Shown in pieces: positions 38,704-51,328 of a stretch of DNA of 64,000 nt. The position numbers and the translations under genes were made by a program. Numbering within the stretch: position 1 is the first letter of the stretch; every line of letters begins with the position of its first letter. This DNA is from Cladosporium halotolerans (Eukaryota). Below the pieces are notes generated by a model. That model searched no databases, was not told where the DNA came from, and was given only the letters and a program-made list of their open reading frames with translations. The stretch is taken from assembly GCF_011745625.1 (NCBI RefSeq), contig NW_027191456.1:930001-994000 (forward strand), read 5' to 3'.

Positions 38704-39131
38704 GGTTGTTTGCAAATGCCGACGCTTATGCAATGTGGCAGACGCAAGGAGGAATGGTGGGGTAGGGGTGGTGTATGCGAAGGGCTGGCCCCAAAGTCCA
38801 AGAGGCAACCTTCAAGCAGTGTAAACAGTGCGGCTCGGTCCGGATGTGGCGGCGCAACAGCCCGCTTTGGCATCACCTATTCTCGCGACTTCACTACCAG
38901 AGTTTCACGACGATGAAGGAATTAATAATATTGACATGAGGGTTGCATATCAGCAACGGCATGGACTTTTGTTTGAATTGTGAAACGCTATACAACTGGT
39001 ATTCCCTCTGTATGATGCATTGCCGAGCATGCTGAAATCCACCAATCCCTCCGCTACAACGCCCGACGCTTTGAAATGACGATATTGTTTTCGCGCCAGC
39101 TGGTTTTCTATTCACTGACGACCGTGCAGCC

Positions 39132-42029
39132 TTACACCGGGTAAGGCTTGCTGAGGCGCTCTTCCATGGCTTTCATCAATACAGGCGGCACTGCCTCGTC
39201 GGTCGCTCGGATGGTCAAGCGGTACATCTGAAAAGGTATTAGCGATGTCGCAAAGGGAAAGTGTGATCGAGATAGACGAACCTTGTTCTCTGCATTGGGC
39301 TCCAGTCTCAACAAGCAACCATACTTGCCACCGCTCGTGTGCAATACCGTCGCACCGACGAAATTCCTCACGTTAGGGTCGACGCCGTCCAGAATGCCCC
39401 ACTTGAAGCCCTTCAACAACCTCCTAGTGTTGTCGCCGGAGACATCGAAACCCTGGAAGATTTTCTGCGCCTCGCGAGGGGCGCCGCCGATCTGCTTCCA
39501 GCGCTTGAAGAAGTCTTCGCCAGACAATACGGCACCCTCCATGTACTTGTGCAAGAGGACGGGAAGCTGAAGAGTAATTGCCTGCAGCGAGCCGGCGACG
39601 TAAGAAACGCGGATCGTAGGGGGCTGAGCGAACACTGATTTGGCCTCGAACATGATCATCTGGCTTGTCTGAGATCCGGAGTGTACGGTCGTGTCAGGTA
39701 AGCCCTTCATGTCGACCTTCAATGCGCCCGGAGATGGATTGTCGATCGTTGTCGTGAATGATTGAATGGGCGCGGATGATTTGTTGGAGAAATAGAGAAT
39801 GATGCAGCCAACTTCGCTGCGGTATTCGGACCGCACGCCAATCTGGATCTGCACATCTTCGTAAAGCAGACCTTCAGGCTGCATCATCAGACGGTTGTAG
39901 CCAGGTTCCCAGTCTGGTGAAAGATGTGAAGCCGATGCGAGGTTGGGACCCGACGAAATGTTGAGCCCCAGCAGATCGTCTGTGGACTTGGCTGTACCAT
40001 TTGCGCCAGTACCTCCGTTGACAGCAGCTGCACCGCTGGAAGCGTCCGCAACACCGGGCTTGCTCTGACTGCTGAAATCACGTTTGAGAGTCTGTGCCCG
40101 TTGCAAAGAGCCATCTTTCGTAGTCACAGACCATGTCCGCTTGTCGCCTACTGCCGCCTGCTTCTTGTCAAGACGGGCAAGTAGCGCAGATGTCCTCTCT
40201 GGGAAGGGCGGCATCTCATCGCAGACTGTGCGAAGAAGATCATCGGTCGGCATCGTAGCCATAGCCAAGTACTCGCAGGCGCGCTGTTGCAACTCTGAAT
40301 CGATGGTGTGGCTGTAGACTCTGAAAGCCTGCAGAATCTGAGGTTTGATCTCGGGAAAGAGGTTGACGAATTTGACGAAAGCCGATAGGATCATGGCCCT
40401 CGTGCTCAGCGAGCACGCGTTGAATTTGTTTTGCAGAGCCATAAACTGTTCAATGGGACTCGACCCTTTGTTGTCCGCAATGAGATGTCCAAATTCGCCT
40501 AGCAAGTAGCTTCCGATCTTGACCAGCGTTTCGTGACAATGGTCGGCCTTGCAGTACTGCAGGATGTTCTTCGCCGCATATACCTGCAGCTCTTCATTGT
40601 TTGTGACAATTTGGATGACGCGCTGCCACACCTCGTCGCTGACGTGATCGCCAGCCATTGCAATGAGGCGCATGGAGATGTCCACGTACCATTTGACGTC
40701 CGTGGCATATTTTTCTGTGAGAATTGCGATCTTGAGTACCATCTCCTCGCGTATGGCGTAGTCTGCAGTTTGCAGGAACTTCAGCAATTCGTGAACAATT
40801 TTCTGTGAGTTTGTTGCATCGCACATGCTGTACAATAGGTCGAGGCCCTGTCGTCGCACCGTAATGTCTCTGTCCTTCAGAGATCCAATGATCAGGTCCT
40901 GATGCTTCTTGATGGGGTCCAGAGTCTCTGCTCGGACTGCGAGATGGGTCATTGCCTCAAGGCCCAGGTATCGGACATTGGTTTCGCGCGAACCGATGAA
41001 TTTGCCCAGCCTGGATGATATCTGCACCATGAGATCCCGCTCCGTGTCCAGATGAATAATTAAATTAATGGCCTCGAATAGTACAGCATTCTGGGCGTTG
41101 TTTTGTTGGACGTTCTTCGGCATCTCCATCGCGTTATCCAGTATCCTTTGCAGTGACTCTCGCAGAATGCTCCGAACGTGGGTGTCCTCAGATGGCGGGA
41201 AGTACTGAAGGAGTCTGAGAAGCTTGACCTGCAGCCAAGGGCAAGGCACCTTGTAATACACATAGTCGCCAGAGTATTCTTGGTCGATGACGATCTTTCG
41301 TAGCCTCTGGCAAGCCTTGATGTAGGCTCCCTTGTATGCTTCAGGCTCATTCTGCGCCAAAGCAGCCACAAGCGAAGTTACTGAAAGGGCAACACCCATG
41401 TCCGGGTCATCCATGATTGCTATTATTCTTTCCCTCCACTCCAGTTGCACGATCGTGGGCACCTTGCGAAACAGTCGCAGCAAGGTCAAGGCAGCCTTCT
41501 TTTTCACGAACGGCTTTGACGTCGGCGAAATCAGCAGCCGGTGTACATCCGCAGAAAGAGCTTCTCCCATCTCCCTACTACCCACATTCGCGATCGCGTG
41601 TAATGCCAGGCAGTTGTTCAGCTCGTTGTGGTCTGCCAGGTCCTTCCGTATGCTGTTTACCACCAAGTGCAGCAGTTCATGCTGCTCATGCAAGAACAAT
41701 GTCACAGCAAGGTATCCAATCTGCTTTTCTGAGTATTTGTTCGCAGACACCAGGTTCACAGCCTCCAAGTGTCCGAAGTCCACGTTCCAGCCCAAAATGT
41801 AGATGTACAGCAGCTTGCAGACGTATTTCTTCTTGTCATATCCAGTCAGACTTCCGCCCTTGAATTTTGATCGAATGTTTGCCAGCTCCTTGTTGATGCG
41901 CTTCTCTTCGAGTTCGCGGGCGCGCGCATTGCGCAGATCGGCTATAAAGGAGACTAGGCCGCGCATGGTGTTGTCCTTGCTGGAGGAACCCATGCCACGG
42001 TTGAACATGGCGGCGGCCGCTTGCGCCAT
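39132..42029 (-). CDS. APL3: AP-2 adaptor complex subunit alpha
   Basis: MRGLVSFIADLRN, EEKRINKELANIR, YDKKKYVCKLLYIYILG, YVYYKVPCPWLQVKL, appendage domain with CLLRLEPN; intron 39228-39281. Confidence 0.95.
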   Translation of the reverse strand: MAQAAAAMFNRGMGSSSKDNTMRGLVSFIADLRNARARELEEKRINKELANIRSKFKGGSLTGYDKKKYVCKLLYIYILGWNVDFGHLEAVNLVSANKYSEKQIGYLAVTLFLHEQHELLHLVVNSIRKDLADHNELNNCLALHAIANVGSREMGEALSADVHRLLISPTSKPFVKKKAALTLLRLFRKVPTIVQLEWRERIIAIMDDPDMGVALSVTSLVAALAQNEPEAYKGAYIKACQRLRKIVIDQEYSGDYVYYKVPCPWLQVKLLRLLQYFPPSEDTHVRSILRESLQRILDNAMEMPKNVQQNNAQNAVLFEAINLIIHLDTERDLMVQISSRLGKFIGSRETNVRYLGLEAMTHLAVRAETLDPIKKHQDLIIGSLKDRDITVRRQGLDLLYSMCDATNSQKIVHELLKFLQTADYAIREEMVLKIAILTEKYATDVKWYVDISMRLIAMAGDHVSDEVWQRVIQIVTNNEELQVYAAKNILQYCKADHCHETLVKIGSYLLGEFGHLIADNKGSSPIEQFMALQNKFNACSLSTRAMILSAFVKFVNLFPEIKPQILQAFRVYSHTIDSELQQRACEYLAMATMPTDDLLRTVCDEMPPFPERTSALLARLDKKQAAVGDKRTWSVTTKDGSLQRAQTLKRDFSSQSKPGVADASSGAAAVNGGTGANGTAKSTDDLLGLNISSGPNLASASHLSPDWEPGYNRLMMQPEGLLYEDVQIQIGVRSEYRSEVGCIILYFSNKSSAPIQSFTTTIDNPSPGALKVDMKGLPDTTVHSGSQTSQMIMFEAKSVFAQPPTIRVSYVAGSLQAITLQLPVLLHKYMEGAVLSGEDFFKRWKQIGGAPREAQKIFQGFDVSGDNTRRLLKGFKWGILDGVDPNVRNFVGATVLHTSGGKYGCLLRLEPNAENKVRLSRSHFPFATSLIPFQMYRLTIRATDEAVPPVLMKAMEERLSKPYPV

Positions 42030-43698
42030 GGTGGGCGAGGTGTGTGTCGCGGTTGTCACTGGACGTTTGACTGGCGCAATGCTATTCCAAGACCAGGATT
42101 GGGTGTGGAGAGATGGTAGGCGTCAAGGGTCAAGGGACAAGCTTCGACTTTGATCTCGCTAGCTCTGGCAGCGTGCCAAGTAGAGTAGGAGAGGTCGCCA
42201 GTGTGCCAGATGAACAGCGTGTTATTTGCTGTTCATGTCGTCGTGGGTTGGGAGTGTACGTACTGTGCACCATCATCGAGGGGTGGTGTTAACGGCCGGC
42301 ATCACCGGGCTGACAGCGCCGAAGTGGGACGAGAGTCCCGCGTGAAGAAGAGCACAAGCCAGTGTTCACCTGCACGAGCTTGAGATCCGACCATCGCAGC
42401 TCTGACCCCTGCATACAATACACGTCTCGCAGAGCTACATAGCATTTTTGGGAAGACTCCAACGTCTTTTGAACATCTGTACTATGCAAAATGGCCACCG
42501 TGTTCATGTTCACTGCCGCCGCTCGACCAGAGTTGCCACGATACAGAGTACCGAGCATCACGGCATAACTCACGTTATTAAACGCTGAACGAGACAGCAA
42601 GACCATGGCAAAGTCTCTAGTCGCCTTGATTCAGATGGGTGTAAGCGCTCAAGAGAGGCTGAACAACCCGAAGTTGGAGGTCTTCCATTTGCTCCCAGAA
42701 CGCTAATGCTCATCTACCAGCGAACGGTGGATCTATCAGATATCTACCTGGTTGGTTTTCCATCGTAGGGTCTCTGTCACGCGAAGCGATCAAGACCAGC
42801 AAGATTGAAAGGCAAGTATGTTATCGCCTTGCAGGCCAGACTTTACGGACAATGAACATGCACTGTCATCAAACCAATGTCAATGGAGGCGGTCAGATCC
42901 TATGGTGGGATCGAGGGCTTTAGACTCCCATCGAGGTCATGATTGCTTGTAATAATCTCTGTTGATTTTGAGGTATCTATGTTTGAGAGACGTCAAGATG
43001 CAACTGGCGGCACTCTCGGGACTCTCTACGCCAGGGATTTATCCAGTGTCTTTACGGAACTGATATCGTTATACATTTAGCAGCGGATGACATTCGTGTG
43101 ATGAATCGGCTTGTCTTCGGATAGTGGGAAGGGCCGTGCTGTCATGCCAGACCGCTCTTTAATTGACCGAGGAACCTTGTAACTAGAGGAGGGCCGGGAG
43201 ATACTAGACGGTTCTGCGAGCGAAAAGATGTATGTCTAGCCTGTTGGGGGACCTCGGTGCCCTTGTCTTGTCATTTGGGGTAAGTGCCTGACAGGGCCAG
43301 ATGCTGGATTTGAGGTGCAAGCATCGTATCGCAGTGATCGCAGTAATTGTGAGTATATAAAAAGTCAATGTGTTTCCCTTCATAAGGTACGAATTATCTA
43401 AATCCAGATTAATAAAGGTAGCGTTCGCGTTTTGAAACAAGGTTGGCTATGTCAGCCAAGGACTGGGATCAGCGTTTTGAAGATTCACGAGTTGTTGGAG
43501 GGGCAAGGCGGAAAGATGGGCCCCGCGCGCATCGTGGAGCCGGGGCTGCAACAGGAGCAAGCACCAACAATTTGTTTCAACCACTGCACCAACACTCCAA
43601 ACACTCGAACCAACTTCACCTCCCTCCGATCCTCAAACGAAAACAAACACTAGCACAGATTCGACTCAAGCGTCTTCACATCTACACATACATCCATC

Positions 43699-44291
43699 AT
43701 GTCTTGGCAAGGTAAGCACGTCGTCCAGTCATCAGCGACCCCAACTCGAGGCACAGAGCTAACATGCGCGGTTCGCAGCATATGTTGACCAGAGGTACAC
43801 ATCATGTCGCCTGTAACACCTACCAGCGATCGCCTACTAATTACCTTCCAGCCTCGTCGCCACCGGCAACGTCGACAAGGCCGCCATCTTCAACGATGCC
43901 GGCAACAGCGTCTGGGCCACTTCCTCCGGCTTCACCGTGTCGCCCGCCGAGATGCAGGAGGTCGTCAACGCATACAACGATAAGGGTACCGATGGCGTGA
44001 AGCAGGTTCAGAGCACCGGTCTGCACATCGCTGGCGAGAGATTCGTGGTCATCAAGGCGGACGAGAGGAGTATTTACGGCAAGAAGGTAAGAGACTTGTC
44101 AACAACTGCAAGGCGGCACCAGAACATGGAAAGATGCTGATACATTTGGACTACAGGGCAGAGAGGGCGTTGTCATCGTCAAGACCACCAATGCCATCCT
44201 TGTGACCCACTACCCCGAGAGCGTCCAGCCGGGCGCCGCCGCCAACACCGTCGAGCAGCTTGCCGACTACCTCGTCAATGTCGGCTACTAG
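43699..44291 (+). CDS. PFY1: Profilin (4 exons, including a 16-nt microexon)
   Basis: MSWQ/AYVDQ/SLVATGNVDKAAIFNDAGNSVWATS...GLHIAGERFVVIKADERSIYGKK/GREGVVIVKT...VEQLADYLVNVGY*. Confidence 0.95.
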
Positions 44292-44865
44292 ACTCAACCG
44301 AAAAAGTAAATTGACCAGCCAAATCGAATTCTCCTTTTGGCCATAATGAAGCAACGGAGCGTATGGATAAGCGCGTAGATTGAATCCCACCCGGATTAGA
44401 GAGAGAAAGGAGCGAACGAATCGGAGCGGCCTTGAGACGAGCAAAGAGACATCATCTCAGCGCAAACCTGTGCAAGCAAACAAAGCATCAAATGTGCATA
44501 CGAAGCTGAGATTTCTCGTTTGTCTTGTCATAATGATGGTTGTAATAGTGGGTTTCGGCGCTCTCGACATCTTTCCCTTTCATTTCACGCTTATTATCTC
44601 GCTATCTGATGTCTGTCCGCTAGCGGACTGGTATATGCCCAAATGCGGTCACAAGGCCGCGCAATATTGGACCTGCCGTCGCGCCGTGAGGCGTCGCGTT
44701 ATTTCACTGTCCTTGCATATCGTGCGAATGCCCCATTGCCTTTCCCAACATGGCAACTGCCTTGCCCCCGAATGAACGCCTCGCTGGAAAAGCAATTCTG
44801 ACGGCGCCAAACGAATAGTTGAGGAAAGCATTTCTCACCCCTGAATCCGCAAACCCTCGCAACCT

Positions 44866-45738
44866 TCAACGTCTCCTGCCACCGCGATCCCGACTGTAGC
44901 TCCGGTCCCGGCTTGCGCTCCTATTGCTGTTGACCGAATAGCTTGGGCTACGCCTTCTACCACCACCCCTTGGCGGACTATAGTCGCGCTCCCTTCTCCG
45001 TGGTGGAGGGCTGCGGCTCGGACTCCTGCTGTCGTAACTCGGGCTCCGGCGTCTCCGTGGCGGAGGGCTGCGGTCTGGCGAATAGCTGCGAGGTCGGTAG
45101 CTCCGACCGTCGTCTCTGTATGCAGGTCCTCTCCCCCCTCCTCTTCCCCCGCGACCGAACGCTCTCTCTGGTCCAGGGCGCGAGGGCGGCGGCTCGCGGT
45201 ATCTGTGCGGCTCTCCGAACCGATTGGGAGGCGGTCTTCTGGGCGCAGGGCTTCGACTGAAGCGTCTCCTGGGCAGTACAATCGAGACATTGATGGTCGC
45301 ACCGTCAAGCTGCGCTTCGTGCATGTGTGCAATAGCGCTCTCGGCGTGCGCAGGTGTGGCATACAGTACGTACGCAATGCCGCGGTTCGTCAAGAACTGG
45401 CGGTTGATTGGCATTTCCAGATCCTCAATGTCGCCGTAGTTCCCGAAGATCTCGCGCAGGTGAGATTCATTGACGTTTTTTGTGAGCTTCTCGATCACGA
45501 TTTTGGCGCTGCGCGGCTGGCGTTCTGGGCTCGCCGGCCTGGGTGATCGCGCGCGAGAAACGCTACGCGAGCGGCTGTCGCGTGTACCATTGGCTCCTCC
45601 TCGACTGCGCGACCGTGTTCTCGTCCTCGAGCGCGAGTTATCGCGTGGAGTGACGGAACGCGCCTGTGACCTGGATCGCGTGTCGTCGTCCATGGGTGTG
45701 AGAGAGCGGCCGCGGGAGACGCTGCGCCTGTCGGACAT
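44866..45738 (-). CDS. RNPS1: SR-rich RRM protein, RNPS1-like
   Basis: RS repeats flanking an RRM: IVIEKLTKNVNESHLREIFGNYG...RGIAYV...MHEAQLDG. Confidence 0.85.
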   Translation of the reverse strand: MSDRRSVSRGRSLTPMDDDTRSRSQARSVTPRDNSRSRTRTRSRSRGGANGTRDSRSRSVSRARSPRPASPERQPRSAKIVIEKLTKNVNESHLREIFGNYGDIEDLEMPINRQFLTNRGIAYVLYATPAHAESAIAHMHEAQLDGATINVSIVLPRRRFSRSPAPRRPPPNRFGEPHRYREPPPSRPGPERAFGRGGRGGGRGPAYRDDGRSYRPRSYSPDRSPPPRRRRSPSYDSRSPSRSPPPRRRERDYSPPRGGGRRRSPSYSVNSNRSASRDRSYSRDRGGRRR

Positions 45739-46049
45739 TTCGGGCGCTCAATGGTGTGGGCCAGATAAAAACGATGCGATCAGGTTATCCGGGTGGTGAG
45801 AATTGTCTGTCGAATTAGGCCGTGGGAGGACTCGCTTGAGAGTCGGATGTTTGCAGCTCGCATGCCGTTTTCCTGCGAACTTTGGCTCAAGCTTGCTCCC
45901 TTGCTTCGAGCTCGCAGCAGCGCTCCACCTGCCCTGACGTAGCCGCGTCTCGTCCCGTTGCCTTTCATCAAGGTCCAGCCACCCTCAAAGGCGCGTCTGT
46001 ATCGCGTGCCAGTCGATGCTTAAGCATCACTGTTTTTCGAACCTACATC

Positions 46050-47986
46050 ATGACACCGCTTCAGTCTGCCTTGCTGCTAGCGTTCTCACATCTTGCATAC
46101 GCCGAGCAGCCATCTGCGCCGGCACCCATAAGCGCGCCCTTGCGCGAGCTACCTTGGGGGCAACTGAACTTCCTGCATACAACAGGTAGGTGAACTGTGC
46201 AGTATCGCTGGTCAGCCTGTGGACTAATCGACTCATCTATAAAGACACGCATGGCTGGCATGGTGGTCACCTTCAAGAACCGCAGTACAGCGCAGATTGG
46301 GGTGACTACATCAGCTTTGCTAAACACTTGCATAAGCGAGCCGATGAGGATGGCTCAGATCTTCTGCTGATTGATACCGGTGACCGGGTCGAGGGCAATG
46401 GCCTCTACGATGCCAGCAACCCGAAGGGTAAATATACATTCGATATCTTCAAGCACCAAAACATCGATGTGATCACGAGTGGCAATCACGAGCTTTACCT
46501 CAGTAACTCCAGTAACAACGAGTACTACAACACCGTACCAAACTTCAAGCAGTCGTATATTGCTTCAAATCTGGACATTCAGAATCCCAAAACGGGCGAG
46601 CTGGAACCTCTTGCACCAAGATACCGAAAGTTCACCACGAAGAACCAGGGTATTCGCATTATCTCGTTTGGATTTCTGTTCAATTTCCATGGAAATGCGA
46701 ACAATACGGTGGTGCAGCCTGTTCAGGAGACTGTCAAGGAGCAATGGTTCCAAGACGCTATCAGGATCAAGGACGTCGATTTGTTCCTTGTAGCTGGACA
46801 TGTACCGGTTAGAAACAGCGAAGAGTACGATCTGATTTACAAAGCGATTCGAAACGCTAGATGGGACACGCCTATTGTGTTCTTCGGCGGCCACACGCAT
46901 ATCCGTGATTACAGGAAGTGGGAGAAAGCAGCTCAGGGCATTGAGAGTGGTCGCTACATGGAGACACTTGGCTTTTTGTCGATGTCTGGCCTGAACTCTG
47001 AGAAGAAGGGACTCGTTGTGCCCGAGAAATCAGGTCTATCGTACCAGAGGCTGTACATCGACAACAATCTGCACTCTCTGCACCATCACTCAGGCACCAA
47101 TGCTACTACCTTCTCGACGGACGTTGGGAAGAACGTCTCGCAAGCCATATACCAAGCTCGCAACAATCTAAACCTGGACCACGCATTTGGTTGCGCTCCC
47201 ACGGACTACTGGCTCAGCCGGGCACCCTACCCATCTGATCAGAGCTTGTTGAGCTGGTTAGAAAAGAGCGTGCTCCCGGATACCTTCAGCGGGGGTAAGA
47301 CGCCTTCGATTGTCATCACCAACACTGGAGCCATGCGCTTCGACATCTTCAAAGGACCGTTCACTATAGATAGCACGTTCTTGGTATCTCCATTCACAAG
47401 TGGCTTCAGAAAGGCCGTAAATGTGCCTTACAAAGCGGCTAGCCAGGTCCTTCAGCTCCTCAACAACGAAGGCCCTATCCTGCTCGAAGATCTCCTGGCT
47501 CTCAAAGAACAGGGACTCGACACAATGGGGACTCATAGACTGGACGATCTTGCCCCTCCTCTTCCTCCCGTAAACCTGGCAACTTTGATCGATCAATCAC
47601 CAACGAAGCACGCACTATTCCGCTCCGAGCAGCAAAGCCCGATCGAAGGCCCTGGAGTCGTCTCCGACAAACCCAATATACCTGGATACACCACAGTTGA
47701 TGACATGGGCAGCGATGGGGATGACACCATTCACGAGCGGATTAAGTTCTACGATGTTCCGAACTGCGTTGGGGCTAGCGTGAATTTCGATCCGGCCGAC
47801 AAGACTGGTGCTCCAGAGAAGATAGACCTGGTGTACAACGAGTTCGTTCAAGATTGGGTTCTCTTGGCTTTGAGGTTCCTGGGGGTGAAATATGAGAAGG
47901 AAGATACAAGAAGCGCGCTGGACGGAAAGACGATGACAGATGTCATTAGCGATTGGGTTGGTGAGCATTGGAAGTGCGAGAATTAA
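46050..47986 (+). CDS. Secreted/vacuolar calcineurin-like metallophosphoesterase, 5'-nucleotidase type (YHR202W-like)
   Basis: Signal peptide; NFLHTT/DTHGWH across an intron, DTGDRVEGNG, GNHE, GGHTH, NTGAMRFDIFKGPF. Confidence 0.88.
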
Positions 47987-48683
47987 AGATACATTTCAAG
48001 CGAACGGGAACGACCGCCTCGAACTCAACCATAAATCGTAGTCTTGAAAGCGTCCACTTCTCACCCGAAGGTTTGTAGCCTTCGGAAGACTATGACGTGT
48101 TTGGGTACAGGCGAAATACAGGTTCTCTGAGTTAAAGCCTTTGTCTCCATGTTCTACAAGAGAAGTAAGTATATCACTCCTATTTCTTTCGGGAGGACAC
48201 AGACATCCAGAGATCACGGGCTGCTTTACACAAGGTATCATGGAACCTCAGACCTTGATCTTTCAGAGGAGCAATGAGTGATGGGTGCCAATGACAATCG
48301 TTGTTCGTCAGAATCAACGCAATGAAATCAGCCAGTCTTTCAAATGCCAATCAGAAGTCGAGTTTCGCTTGCTTACCTCCCAGCTCCATAGCGCAGCAGA
48401 AGTTTCCAGTTGGGTGGTTCGAGAAGCTGGCGGCGGGCGCGCTACGATCGAGAGCAGCCAATCACGAGCTCTGCAGAGGTAAAGATCCACGTGAATGACC
48501 ACGATTGATAGCATGAATATCAGATGGCAGCAGGCATAAAACAGCTCGTCTCTACTCTTCGATCAGCTGTTTGCATTCATTCATCACGAAACCTCGACAT
48601 CAACTGATCCAAGCATCAACCACCCTTTGCCATCATCCAATTCAATTAACCCGACCAACAACCAACAACAACTTCACATCACA

Positions 48684-49108
48684 ATGTCTGCCACCGCTGC
48701 CATTCCTGCCACCTGCTGCGGTCGCGAGGGAGGGTGCATTTGCGCCTCCGAGGCTAAGTGCTCCTGCGGCAAGCAGCCTGCCCTCCACTGTACCTGCGAG
48801 AAGGCTCAAACCGAGAACAAGACCTCAGGAGCTAGGTGCTCTTGCAGTAAGTTTATGATCGGCAATGGCCAACACCGATACCGCTGTCTTTCAGATTGAT
48901 CGTCCGACGGAAACTGACTCCTATGACAGACCAGCGTCCTGCCGGCGAGTGCACTTGCAGCCGTTCTAGCAACGAGAACAGCAAGCCCACCGGCTCCGCC
49001 TGCGCCTGTGGCAAGAGGTCTCAGGATGCTTGCAACTGCGGTGGCACTGAGATTGGCCAGGCTTCGGACCTCGAGACCGACTTCACCACCAAGGCCTCTG
49101 GTGCCTAA
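48684..49108 (+). CDS. Cys-rich metallothionein-like (Crd2-type) protein, 2 exons
   Basis: CC, CxC and CSCG repeats: TCCGREGGCICASEAKCSCGKQPALHCTCEKA...RCSC/NQRPAGECTCSRS...CACGKRSQDACNC...ETDFTTK. Confidence 0.8.
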
Positions 49109-49658
49109 ATCATTTTGAGCATGGGCTGTGGCATGGGGAGCTAGCATGTGGCGTTTGGGGCTGAGGCGTTTGGGCGGTAAGGTTATGGCATGAATGGACG
49201 AGTACCCAAACATTTGCTTTGAACGGAATCATGATCGTGTAATACGAAAACCAAATCAAGAAATCGGCGACCGTCCATTTTACACGTAATGTGCCAAACA
49301 GGCGATGGGTAGAGATGGTGTAGAACACCTCAATCCATTGATGCTCATCTATCTTCCCCTCCGTTCTCTAAAAGTCGTGTCATCATCTCTGACTATGTAA
49401 CGTTGCACCATGAGCCGCATGGGCTTCTTCACCGTATAGCGTCTAGATTCCAAATTTCTTTCGCTCTAGAATCCAGCCCAGCTAATAAACTTCCAAGTCC
49501 AGGACTGTTCATCACATATGCCCGGAAGTCATTCCTCAACTCGTGACTATACGAATTAGGTTGTTCAAGAGATACGAGCCATAGTCGTGGGGATCTCAAA
49601 TCCTTGTGTTCTGGTATACGCAACCGGAGTGATCAGGACTCTGACGCAAGGCTGGAGC

Positions 49659-50390
49659 TCACTGATCAGCAGCTTGTTCTTTCCTGTGTTGTTCCTTCAA
49701 CCTCTTCTCAATCTTCATGAATTCCCGGATTCCCACTGGCACGCCTTCGAAGAGGTCTTTCTCTCCTTCATCGGCTCCCTCCATCACGTCCCAGTTTGTC
49801 TCTGATCCTCCACCATCGTCGTCCATACTTGTTGCTGCATGCGTGGGCATACCGCCTTCTTTCGACATCATTCCAGTAGCCTGTCCCTTGATGCGCTGCT
49901 CTTGCATCTTTTGTCGTGCCTCCTTGCTCGCCGCTGCCCACTCTTCCAATTCGTCCCGATAGCGATCCCAAACGCAATTTACGCATCCAGACATACAGCA
50001 GTTGTCTGGCTCATCTGGACGAGGAGGCACAAGCACACCGGCAATGTTCGTAGAAGCTTTCTTGAGTTCCGCCTCTCGCGCGTCAGGATCAGCTGTCCGC
50101 GAGCCAAACAGTGCTTGCGCTTTAAGCGCCTGCTCCTCCGGTCCAGTTCTCGGTCGCTCGATGGGTGGCGGAGTCGCAGGAGGAGGTACACTATTCGTGC
50201 CTGCCTGTACGGGGTTTAAAGGCGCGTTTAGCGAGTCCTCGGCGTATTCATCGATTCTTTGGGCGTCGGCGGACTTGTGCCTGATTCCGAAGGCACTGCG
50301 GTGTGCGTTGACTCTCGCGGGCCTGCATTGCACTCGTTTGAGCGTGGAAATTGCCAGAGAAGTGCATTGTGACCGCATTCTCTGGTGCAT
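49659..50390 (-). CDS. Mitochondrial oxidoreductase-like domain protein (OXLD1/Dpc25-like)
   Basis: Arg-rich presequence-like N-terminus; PPRPDEPDNCCMSGCVNCVWDRY; PVGIREFMKIEKRL. Confidence 0.85.
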   Translation of the reverse strand: MHQRMRSQCTSLAISTLKRVQCRPARVNAHRSAFGIRHKSADAQRIDEYAEDSLNAPLNPVQAGTNSVPPPATPPPIERPRTGPEEQALKAQALFGSRTADPDAREAELKKASTNIAGVLVPPRPDEPDNCCMSGCVNCVWDRYRDELEEWAAASKEARQKMQEQRIKGQATGMMSKEGGMPTHAATSMDDDGGGSETNWDVMEGADEGEKDLFEGVPVGIREFMKIEKRLKEQHRKEQAADQ

Positions 50391-51317
50391 GGAAATTGTA
50401 GAGTTGGGCGAAGGAAAACACGAGCGATTGATCTGCTTTCCGCTTTGCGACCTCACTTCGCGCGGACTGTGACGTCAGGCTTGCAGCGATCTCATACCAT
50501 GTGTGAATCGGATTTCCGTGGCCATTATGGCGAAGCGGCTAGACCAGTTCGAAGAGCTGACTCTAATTTGACAGGAAACAACTACGGTTCGGAGAGAACG
50601 AATTCAATGATTATCGAGACTGCCTTGGTGGGACGGAGGATGCTTGTAGGTTTTGCGGTGACTTGAAGCTTCACGCGAACCTAAAGATGAGACTTATCAC
50701 AAGGCCCAAGATCGAAAAAGGCAACATGGTTTTAGCATACATTAGATGAGGCATAGAGACGTGCTTTCGATTTTCACTCCACCAGGGCGCTCACTTGAGG
50801 ACATACCGGACGGTAGGGCTACCTTGATCCTCACTTCATTTGAACCTAGGTTTTCAAACAACGAAGGCAAGCACTGGCGCATGATCCAAGCTGTCACTGT
50901 AATATCAAATTGCGCATACATTTTGATGCGTCAAATGAAGTATGTGTAGGTCCCAACCAGCGCAAAAGAATCCAACATAAGGCTATTTGCAATGATTTGC
51001 ATAGGATTCGTAAGGTAGCTTCGGTTTTAACGGCAGCCGAAGCTGAAATAGGCGTAAGAACGGAGCAGCAAGAATCTTCGGTAACTTCGTCTATGCACCC
51101 AATCACGTCTTTAGAGAGATATTGCGTTGTCGACCTCGGACGGCCATTGCAACCCTCACATTAGCCTCACATCATCTTTATGCTGCCCTCACATTGACCT
51201 CGAAAGTTTGTTGCTGACTCCAACACGCCTCGTCCCATCTCACCTCAGACTGGAATAAAAAAGACCTCTCTGCCAGTGGCACTTGTGATTATGCATACAT
51301 TAGGAACAATTCGAGGC

Positions 51318-51323
51318 AAAAAA
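51318..51323 (-). terminator. RNA polymerase III terminator (T6)
   Basis: TTTTTT 5 nt after the tRNA discriminator base. Confidence 0.75.
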
Positions 51324-51328
51324 GAGAT

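Noticed and set aside
42600..43400. Splice-like signals and a short GFIQCLYGTDIVIHLAAD peptide between APL3 and profilin, suggesting a gene relic
   Set aside because: Could not build a coherent reading frame; similarity too short to support a call.
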